IMG/VR virus record: IMGVR_UViG_3300044210_000036
Location: 1 to 38,220 of that record
Source: a virus
Strand: one strand, 5' to 3'
DNA: 38,220 nucleotides
Position numbers and translations under genes: made by a program. Shown here one piece after another: positions 32,021-38,220 of this stretch (position 1 is the stretch's first letter; the number at the start of each line of letters is the position of its first letter). The notes below the pieces were generated by a model, which worked only from the letters and a program-made list of their open reading frames with translations, searched no databases and was not told the DNA's origin.

Positions 32021-32325
32021 CCCCCGACATCACACTCCAGCTGGCGGCCATCGTTGCTCCCGTCGTCGGGAGCGCGGTGGTGGGTCTGCTGGTCTGGTCG
32101 CTCCGCCGGAACGTGCAGAGCCTCGACCAGGCCATCGGCGAGATCAGGGTGGACATGCGGACCCTGGCCAGCCAGACCACGCAGCACGGTTCGGCGCTGG
32201 CCGGTGGGGTGGTGAAGTTCCAGACCATCGAGAGGCGGCTGGACGGCCTCGAGGACCGGGAGCGGGTACGCGAGAAGGAGTGCGCCACCTGCCAGCGGCT
32301 GCGGATCGAGGACCAGCGCGGATGA
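32017..32325 (+). CDS. N-terminally anchored coiled-coil protein (102 aa), spanin-like
   Basis: ATGA overlap. Sequence LAAIVAPVVGSAVVGLLVW is followed by a helical region. Confidence 0.55.
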   Translation: MTPDITLQLAAIVAPVVGSAVVGLLVWSLRRNVQSLDQAIGEIRVDMRTLASQTTQHGSALAGGVVKFQTIERRLDGLEDRERVREKECATCQRLRIEDQRG

Positions 32326-32675
32326 CCCGCCTGCGCCACCACCTGCTGACGCTGCACCCGGTCCTGGCGCCGGCGGCGGTGCTCTTCCTGGCCTTCCTGG
32401 GCCTGCTCTCGGTGAGCCGGGACGGCGATGCCCGGCCGATGCTCATCCAGATGGCGACCGGCGAGGCGATCCTCGTCTCCGTGTGGCTCCTGCTCAGGCA
32501 GTACGTGGGGACGCTCATCATGGCGTCGCAGGGGTTCGACAAGCGGTTCGACCAACTCGAGCGGGACATCAGCGAGGTCCGCCAGCTCCCCGCCATCCAG
32601 CGCGCCCTGGCCCGGCAGAAGTTCGGCGGGCCCGACACCCAGCCCCCGGTGACCGCACCCACCTTCAACCCGTAG
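32322..32675 (+). CDS. Membrane protein (117 aa, 2 TM plus C-terminal helix)
   Basis: ATGA overlap. Sequence VLAPAAVLFLAFLGLL and AILVSVWLLLRQYVGTLIM. Confidence 0.6.
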   Translation: MTRLRHHLLTLHPVLAPAAVLFLAFLGLLSVSRDGDARPMLIQMATGEAILVSVWLLLRQYVGTLIMASQGFDKRFDQLERDISEVRQLPAIQRALARQKFGGPDTQPPVTAPTFNP

Positions 32676-32710
32676 CCCCACGCCTCACCTAGTCGAGCAG
32701 GAGCACCACC

Positions 32711-35527
32711 ATGGCCGTCACCCTCGTCGTACTCAGTGGCAAGGTCCTCGCCCCCGACGGCGTCGCCATCACCTCCGGGAACATCCGGGCCAAGCTCTCG
32801 CCGGTCCCGGGCAGCACGCTGGACGGCACGGTCTCCCAGCGGGTGGCGACCGAGGCCAACGGGACGATCACCGCGGGAACGGTGGCGATGAGTATCTGCC
32901 CCAACGACGCGATCACCCCGTCGGGCACCTACTACGTGGCCGTCTACGACTGCAAGGCGGCGAACGGGAAGGCGTACCGGTGGAGCGAGAAGTGGCAGCT
33001 CGACTCCTCGGACCTGACGCTCGACATCGGGGCGGTGCCGAGGCTGGACGTGGTGCCGGGGGTGGCGGTGGGGGTGAACTTCTCGCCTCTGGGCGGGGAT
33101 CTCTCACTGGCGACGGCTACGGCGACTGGCACAGGCATGGCCCGTACCATGGCCGGCTGGGTGGCCGATCAGATCCCGGGCGGCTGGAACTACCATCGCC
33201 AGCGCGCCCGGGACCTCGCCCCCGAGCTCGCCGCGCTAAAGGCCGAGATGGCCCAGCTCAAGAGCGCGCTGCTGACGCCGGACACGGCCGAGACGGCGCT
33301 CCGCGTCCGGTTCGCGCCGGCAACGTCGGCCGGGCCTACCGGGCTCTACCCTGCCGTGGGCCAGCTCCTCAAGGGTACCAAGGGCGAGACCATCAGCTTC
33401 ACCCGTTCGGGCGTCGTCCAGAACGACCAGTATGACCCGCAGTACATGAACGGCTACTACCAGGTGGGGGCCGACTACATCCCTCTCACTCCGCGGGGCG
33501 CGCTCTTCGAGCCGGCCGGTACAGGCTACTTCCTCAACAGCACGACGCCGGCCACCCAGACGGTCACCCTGGCCAACGGGTGGCACCACGCCTTCGGTCC
33601 GCACATCGGCGGGAAGGACTGGGAGGTCACACTCACCGCCGGCACGGCCGTCTCGGCGCAGCTCCCCTGCGTCGTCACCCGGCACAACATCGGGAAGTTC
33701 AAGGTCACCACCCCGGGCACGGTGGTGGTCACCGTGGGCACCCCGGCCCCGTCCCACTTCTTCGTCCAGACCGGGGCCTACCGTTCGACGCCCATCCTCT
33801 GCACCGGCGCGACGGCGACCCGCAGCGAGCCGGTGATGTCGGTCCCCAACCCGCTCACCAACCCGGACGTGAACTGGACGGTGGGCTGCACCTTCAACAC
33901 GCGGCAGCCGGTCGGGTCGCTGCGCGATGAGGAGAACGGGAACGTCCGTGGGCTCTGGCGGATCGGAGCGGCCGGGGCTACCTCCAACACCGCCGTGCTG
34001 CACACCGCTACGAACCTCCTGCAGTTCTCCGTCTACGATGCCGCCTTCGGCATCCGGTACATCCAGCACCCGCTCAACGCCGGCCTGGCGCCGGGGCCGC
34101 ACACCGTCCACTGCTGCTCGGCCAACGGCACGCTGACGATGTTCATCGACGGCGTCCAGGTGAGCACGGCGCCGGCCGGTGCCGGCACCGGCATCATCGG
34201 CACCCAGCCGGCCAACATCGAGATCGGCCGGTGGAGCGCCGGCACCGGGTGGTTCGGCGACCTCTACGAGCTCGTGGTGGGTAAGGCCATCGGCCCCCTG
34301 GCCGTCCCGCTCCGGGTGCCCTTCCAGGCCGGCGTGGACCGGATGCAGACCTCCGTGGGCAACACGGTGGTGCTCATCGGCGACAGCATCACCGCCCAGA
34401 ACGACGACTTCGGCCGGGACGACGGCTACTGGAGCTGGGCGAACGTGCTCATGCACCACCGCTTCCGAGTGGTGGGCTACGCGGGGGTGGGCGGCGACAC
34501 CACGGTGGGCGCCATCGGCCGCGTCTTCTCCCAGGTGGTCGCCCGGCAGCCGACCTTCGCCGTCATCTGCATCGGGGTGAACGACCTACCGGGCGGCGTG
34601 GCCCGCGCCACCAGCCTGGCCAACATTCAGGATATGGCCAACCGCTGCCTGGCGGCCGGCATCACGCCGGTGGTCTCCACGCTCCCCCCGTCCACCACCT
34701 TCGACGCTACGATGGGCGCGAACTGGCTCTGGCTGAACGACCAGATCCGCACTTGGTGCGCGACTACGCCAGGCGTGGTGCTCGCGGACATGGGCGTCGC
34801 CAACAGCGGGACGCCGGCCTACAACCCGGCCAGCGGGACCACTCGGGACGGCATCCACCCCAACGCCCTTGGCGCCGGCAACATGGGCGTGGTCCTGGCG
34901 GCCGCGATGAAGGACCTCGCGCCTCGCCTCGAGGCGGACTTCACCTCGCTGAACGACGACCCGCTCAACGTCCTCTGGCTCAACTGCGACCCCTTCATGG
35001 TGAACGTCGGCGGTACGGCCACGCCGGGTGGAGGAAGCATCACCGGGGTGGTCCCCTTCGGCTGGGAGCTCAAGGCGAACGGCGCCACGCTCGTCACCAG
35101 CCAGGTGGCCCGCACCGACGGGCGGCCGGGGAAGTGGTTCCAGATCGAGGTGACCGGCGGCACGCCCACCGGAGACATCGAGCTCGTCGCGGTGGCCACC
35201 ACCAACGTGGGCAAGGACGCGACCTACCTAGCCCAGTGCGAGTTCGAGGCCGAGTCCTGGGTGGGGTGCAAGAGCTTCCAGCTCCTCGGCGAGACGCGGA
35301 GCTCTGGCGACACGCCCTACGGCTTCACCTACGACCTGAAGGAGTACGCCGACGACCCGGACCGCGTGACCCCGGCGTCGGGCGTGCTGCGCACCGTCCC
35401 GGCCGTGCCGGCCCAGTACAACGGCAACCCGTCCACGAAGCTGGCCTTTCGGCTGACCTGGCGGTGCACCACCGGGAAGCTCCGGGTGGGCCGGTGCGAG
35501 TTCAAGATGGCCAGCCGGATGGTGTGA
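32711..35527 (+). CDS. Large fibre/receptor-binding-like protein (938 aa) with a LamG-like lectin domain and an SGNH/GDSL hydrolase domain
   Basis: AGGAG SD. LamG-like sequence GTLTMFIDGVQVST...IEIGRWSAGTGWFGDLYELVV (about 33950-34290). SGNH blocks VVLIGDSITAQND, GVGGDTT, ICIGVNDL and DGIHPN (about 34360-34900). Confidence 0.8.
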   Translation: MAVTLVVLSGKVLAPDGVAITSGNIRAKLSPVPGSTLDGTVSQRVATEANGTITAGTVAMSICPNDAITPSGTYYVAVYDCKAANGKAYRWSEKWQLDSSDLTLDIGAVPRLDVVPGVAVGVNFSPLGGDLSLATATATGTGMARTMAGWVADQIPGGWNYHRQRARDLAPELAALKAEMAQLKSALLTPDTAETALRVRFAPATSAGPTGLYPAVGQLLKGTKGETISFTRSGVVQNDQYDPQYMNGYYQVGADYIPLTPRGALFEPAGTGYFLNSTTPATQTVTLANGWHHAFGPHIGGKDWEVTLTAGTAVSAQLPCVVTRHNIGKFKVTTPGTVVVTVGTPAPSHFFVQTGAYRSTPILCTGATATRSEPVMSVPNPLTNPDVNWTVGCTFNTRQPVGSLRDEENGNVRGLWRIGAAGATSNTAVLHTATNLLQFSVYDAAFGIRYIQHPLNAGLAPGPHTVHCCSANGTLTMFIDGVQVSTAPAGAGTGIIGTQPANIEIGRWSAGTGWFGDLYELVVGKAIGPLAVPLRVPFQAGVDRMQTSVGNTVVLIGDSITAQNDDFGRDDGYWSWANVLMHHRFRVVGYAGVGGDTTVGAIGRVFSQVVARQPTFAVICIGVNDLPGGVARATSLANIQDMANRCLAAGITPVVSTLPPSTTFDATMGANWLWLNDQIRTWCATTPGVVLADMGVANSGTPAYNPASGTTRDGIHPNALGAGNMGVVLAAAMKDLAPRLEADFTSLNDDPLNVLWLNCDPFMVNVGGTATPGGGSITGVVPFGWELKANGATLVTSQVARTDGRPGKWFQIEVTGGTPTGDIELVAVATTNVGKDATYLAQCEFEAESWVGCKSFQLLGETRSSGDTPYGFTYDLKEYADDPDRVTPASGVLRTVPAVPAQYNGNPSTKLAFRLTWRCTTGKLRVGRCEFKMASRMV

Positions 35528-35557
35528 GTTCGTGCTGCACCGTGCTGACGAACGAGA

Positions 35558-35582
35558 AAACCGCCCTGACTACGGGCGGTTT
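35558..35582. terminator. Bidirectional intrinsic-terminator-like hairpin between convergent fibre and integrase genes
   Basis: Sequence aaaccgccc tgactac gggcggttt has a 9-bp stem with an A-run upstream and a T-run downstream. Confidence 0.7.
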
Positions 35583-35586
35583 CAAG

Positions 35587-35615
35587 TGGAGGCGCCGGGA
35601 ATCGAACCCGGAGCC
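35587..35615 (-). other. attP core candidate: 3' end of a tRNA gene (T-arm plus acceptor 3' strand), not a complete tRNA
   Basis: The minus strand reads GGCTCCGGGTTCGATTCCCGGCGCCTCCA. No matching 5' acceptor strand (GGAGGCG) or D/anticodon arms lie upstream. It is adjacent to the integrase stop. Confidence 0.7.
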
Positions 35616-35656
35616 TTTGACACGCTGACGCCCTGCCGGCGCCTGTTTTCGGAACC

Positions 35657-36856
35657 TTAGCCTGGGTCGATGTCCTTCGACGCCCGCACGGCGCCCGCTT
35701 CCGTCCGCACGGGCAGCACGAGGAACGAGACCGCGCGGCAGAGCGTGCCCCACGCCAGCGTGGTGTAGCCGTCGATCGTCTCGCCCGGCGGCGCGTGGGT
35801 GCCCCAGCGCAGGACCCGCGAGTCGGCGCCGCCGTCCTGGGCCAGCGAGATGCCGGTCCGCCGCAGGTCGTGTCCACGGCGTAGCCGCAGCCCCAGGACG
35901 GCGAGATCGGCCACCAGCCGCTTCCGCGCCCAGTCCTTCGTCCTGAGCGAGCCGGCGGGCCGCCGGCGGCCCCTGCGCTTCGGCGTGGGCGGGACGGGCA
36001 GGACCAGGTCGTCGTCGGTGGGCGGCCGCCCGAACTCGCGCGCCCAGCCCCCCAGGCGCCAGGCGGCCAGCGCCGCGGCCAGGGTGGGGTGGACCGGCAT
36101 CCAGCGGTCGGTGTCGGTCTTGGTGCGGCCCTTGTCGTAGCTGGTGGCCACCACCAGGCGGCCGAGCGGCTCGGCGCGCTGGACGCGCCCCCACCGGAGG
36201 CCGGCCGCCTCGCCCGTGCGCAGCATCCCGATGCCCAGGAGGCCGTACCAGACCCGGCGGTCTTGCGGCAGCCGCTCGTCGCCCACCAGGGCGGCCAGCT
36301 CCTCGGGCCCGAAGACCGCCTCCGCCCGCTTGAACTTGGCCGAGTCCTTGATCTTGCCCAGCTGGCGGTGGGTGAGGATGCAGGGGTCGGCCGCCTGCAG
36401 GACGTCGGCGATCCTGGCGTCCCGGAAGAGCGCCTTCATCACCGAGTAGACGTTCCGCACGGTGCGCGGCGCCCGGCCGGCGGCGCGCAGCCGGTCCACC
36501 ACCTCGACCAGGTGGCGCGGGCGGACCTCGTCGAGGGGCATGGAGCCCAGGAGCGGGTAGACGTGGAGCCGCAGCCTGGCCTCGTCGTTGACCCGGTCCG
36601 GGCCGGTGCGCGTCTTCAGCCAGCGGCCGCCCCAGCTGCGCACCGTGACCGGCCCCGGCTCGCCCACATCCGCGTGCGCCTTCAGGCCGGCGCGGACCTC
36701 GGCCAGGAGCCGCTCGGCGTCGGCGCGGCGCTCGGGCAGGGCGGGGATGCCGGTGGCGCGCTGCCGCCATCGGCCCTCGGCGTCGCGCACCGAGAGGTAG
36801 AACGACCCACGCCGGACGATGATGCTCCCCCTCCAGGGCCTCAGCATGGCGCCCAT
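35657..36856 (-). CDS. int: Tyrosine recombinase / phage integrase
   Basis: Sequence LLGIGMLRTGEAAGLRW ... RGHDLRRTGISLAQDGG ... IDGYT follows the R..H.LR..Y catalytic pattern. An alternative ATG lies at 36847. Confidence 0.9.
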   Translation of the reverse strand: MGAMLRPWRGSIIVRRGSFYLSVRDAEGRWRQRATGIPALPERRADAERLLAEVRAGLKAHADVGEPGPVTVRSWGGRWLKTRTGPDRVNDEARLRLHVYPLLGSMPLDEVRPRHLVEVVDRLRAAGRAPRTVRNVYSVMKALFRDARIADVLQAADPCILTHRQLGKIKDSAKFKRAEAVFGPEELAALVGDERLPQDRRVWYGLLGIGMLRTGEAAGLRWGRVQRAEPLGRLVVATSYDKGRTKTDTDRWMPVHPTLAAALAAWRLGGWAREFGRPPTDDDLVLPVPPTPKRRGRRRPAGSLRTKDWARKRLVADLAVLGLRLRRGHDLRRTGISLAQDGGADSRVLRWGTHAPPGETIDGYTTLAWGTLCRAVSFLVLPVRTEAGAVRASKDIDPG

Positions 36857-36863
36857 GGGAGGG

Positions 36864-37163
36864 TCAGCGCCGCGGCGGCGTCAAGCTGGACAGGAGGCCA
36901 GCGGCCGGCTGGGGTGCCCCGGCGAGGTGCGCTTCGAGGTCCGCGCGGCGGATGACCAGGCGCCGGCCGCGGTGGTGGGCGCGCAGGACCCCGCTCTCGA
37001 CCCAGGCCCGGACGGTCTTGGGGGTGACGCCGGCGAGCTCGGCGACCTGGACGGTCGAGAGCATGGTGCCGGTGGCCCGGCCCTCGACCAGGGCGCGGAG
37101 CTCGGCCAGCTCCCGGCGCAGGGCATCCACCTCCTGGCTGGTGGCGAGGTCGAGCGCGGCCAT
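36864..37163 (-). CDS. xis: Excisionase-family (MerR-like HTH) DNA-binding protein
   Basis: Sequence MLSTVQVAELAGVTPKTVRAWVESGVLRAHHRGRRLVIRRADLEAHL. Located immediately upstream of int. Confidence 0.8.
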   Translation of the reverse strand: MAALDLATSQEVDALRRELAELRALVEGRATGTMLSTVQVAELAGVTPKTVRAWVESGVLRAHHRGRRLVIRRADLEAHLAGAPQPAAGLLSSLTPPRR

Positions 37164-37165
37164 GG

Positions 37166-37507
37166 CTACTTGACCCCCTCCCACTCAGCGAGGGCGGCGC
37201 GCAGGGCGGTCCACTTCTCCCATGGGAAGGAGATCCGGCCGATGCCAATGATCCCGCCGCCCTCCACCTCAAAGGCTCTGCCCGCCCCCACGACCCTCTC
37301 CGCAGCGGCCAGCCTGGCTTCCAGGCGGGCGACCTCGGCCGCGAGGGCGGCAGTCTCGTGCGCCACCAGGGCGTCGATCTCCACCCAGGCGTCTCGGAAG
37401 GCGGTCGTCCACTCACCATCGTCCGCGGAGGCGTCCTCCGCTACCGTGCCAAGGGTGTCCATGGATGCCGACACCGCGTGCCGGCGCATCTCGGTCTGGT
37501 CGCTCAC
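37166..37507 (-). CDS. Hypothetical protein (113 aa)
   Basis: GTG lies in a GTGA overlap, with GAGGGGG upstream. Confidence 0.7.
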   Translation of the reverse strand: MSDQTEMRRHAVSASMDTLGTVAEDASADDGEWTTAFRDAWVEIDALVAHETAALAAEVARLEARLAAAERVVGAGRAFEVEGGGIIGIGRISFPWEKWTALRAALAEWEGVK

Positions 37508-37773
37508 CGGTCGCCCCCTCTCTGGGACTCGCTACGTTCGGCGTGATCCAACGCCGCCAACGCAGGGCACTTGCCGTGGCGCATCGGCTCGCCACAGGTT
37601 GGGCACGCACCCTCGCGCTCGATGCGCTTGGCCTCTCGACGCTCAGCCCGGTGGGTGATCCGTTTGGCCATGGCGTCGAGCCACCACCCGACGATGCCAG
37701 CAAAGGAGGCGCGCTTGCCCCACGCCTCGCCCCAGGACTTGGTGCGCTTCCCGTGTCCGATGGTGCGGCTCAT
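37504..37773 (-). CDS. Small basic protein with a C-terminal CPTCG..H.KCP zinc-ribbon motif (89 aa)
   Basis: ATG 37773 lies in an ATGA overlap. Sequence MSRTIGHGKRTKSWGEAWGKRASFAGIVGWWLDAMAKRITHRAERREAKRIEREGACPTCGEPMRHGKCP...SQRGGDR. Confidence 0.7.
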   Translation of the reverse strand: MSRTIGHGKRTKSWGEAWGKRASFAGIVGWWLDAMAKRITHRAERREAKRIEREGACPTCGEPMRHGKCPALAALDHAERSESQRGGDR

Positions 37774-38051
37774 TCGCGGCCCCCTCTCTGGGAGGAGCGG
37801 CCCGCCAGCAACTTCCACTTCTCGCGGGCGATGTTGGTGTCGGACACCATGCAGTCGCATCCCTGGGTGCATCCGTAGCCGGTGTGGTGCGCGGCCAGGT
37901 GGTTGCACACGCCGCAGCGGGGCGACATATCAGCGGGGCCGCAGCCGTAGCACATCGGCCTGCCGGTGATGTCGGGGCCGATGACGCCATCGCCGCAGAC
38001 CGAACAGTCGAGCAGGCCCTTGCGAGCCTTCCACTTCGATGCGCGGCTCAC
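37770..38051 (-). CDS. Cys-rich protein (93 aa, 11 Cys)
   Basis: GTG 38051 lies in a GTGA overlap with the junction-spanning gene, with GGGGAG upstream. Sequence DCSVCGDGV...MCYGCGPADMSPRCGVCNHLAAHHTGYGCTQGCDC...SQRGGRE. Confidence 0.7.
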   Translation of the reverse strand: MSRASKWKARKGLLDCSVCGDGVIGPDITGRPMCYGCGPADMSPRCGVCNHLAAHHTGYGCTQGCDCMVSDTNIAREKWKLLAGRSSQRGGRE

Positions 38052-38220
38052 GGCTTCACGCTCCCCGACCCGCCGCTGCACTTATGGCACCGGTAGGCGA
38101 GCAGATAGCCGTGCTCGCAGACCGCAACCTCGGCGCCCCCCTCCCTCTGCCCGGACGTGGGATCGGCAGAGTTGTGAGCCAGCGCCGTCGGATCAAACTC
38201 AGCCACCCACCACGGGTAGT
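38048..38220 (-). CDS. 3' part of the junction-spanning CDS (same gene as 1..476; 38094..38220 duplicates 1..127)
   Basis: The frame is continuous ...CEHGYLLAY|RCHKCSGGSGSVKP, with stop TGA at 38050-38048. Confidence 0.75.
   Translation of the reverse strand, partial: YPWWVAEFDPTALAHNSADPTSGQREGGAEVAVCEHGYLLAYRCHKCSGGSGSVKP
38094..38220. repeat. Terminal direct repeat, copy 2 (identical to 1..127)
   Basis: Same 127-nt string as the window start. This is typical of a circular contig overlap or terminal redundancy. Confidence 0.95.

Larger units (their letters stand above)
1..38093. mobile_element. Complete temperate siphovirus-like phage genome (HK97-type head module, RcGTA-like distal tail, integrase/attP). 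Circular unit length 38,093 bp
   Basis: A full set of lysogeny, replication, packaging, head, tail and lysis modules is present. The window ends are identical over 127 nt and a CDS is continuous across the join. Confidence 0.85.

Noticed and set aside
35587-35660. Possible complete tRNA gene on the minus strand.
   Set aside because: Only the T-arm and 3' acceptor strand are present. The roughly 45 nt upstream do not supply a complementary 5' acceptor strand or D/anticodon stems. It is interpreted as an attP fragment.
1-38220. Defence islands, CRISPR arrays, reverse transcriptase/DGR, toxin-antitoxin pairs, transposases.
   Set aside because: No repeat-spacer arrays, RT motifs (YxDD), transposase DDE signatures or recognisable TA pairs were seen on either strand. 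The repeat-rich genes lack a nearby template repeat or RT.

Overview
This window is a gene-dense, high-GC (about 70% by eye), apparently complete temperate tailed-phage genome. The first 127 nt are identical to the last 127 nt (1..127 = 38094..38220). The unit is therefore a 38,093-bp circle, from assembly overlap, circular permutation or terminal redundancy, and one CDS reads straight across that junction. Two divergent transcription units leave a genetic switch at about 6046..6700. (1) The leftward (minus-strand) unit runs 6045 -> 1, wraps to 38093 and ends at 35657. It is a chain of about 22 mostly tiny, translationally coupled ORFs with GTGA/ATGA stop-start overlaps. Products include many Cys-rich zinc-ribbon-like proteins, an XRE HTH, a MazG-like protein, an HNH protein and a Gly/Tyr tandem-repeat micro-ORF. 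The chain ends with excisionase, tyrosine integrase and an attP that carries the 3' end of a tRNA. (2) The rightward (plus-strand) unit runs 6700 -> 35527. In order it encodes a Cro-like HTH, regulators, an orphan beta-class DNA methyltransferase, a replication-initiator-like gene with an internal iteron plus low-GC block, and RusA. These are followed by HNH, a cos-like gap, P27-type TerS, TerL and an HK97-type portal, then three unusual genes including a 22-aa tandem-repeat protein. The unit continues with a ClpP-like prohead protease, HK97-type major capsid, head-tail joining genes and a tail tube. After these come tail chaperones with a -1 frameshift, tape measure, an RcGTA-like distal tail module, an M15 endolysin with four membrane proteins, and a 938-aa LamG/SGNH fibre-like protein. 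I saw no rRNA, no complete tRNA and no CRISPR. All function calls come from motif recognition by eye, and no database search was possible. Many long Arg/Pro/Gly-rich ORFs in the track are off-frame artefacts of the GC content.
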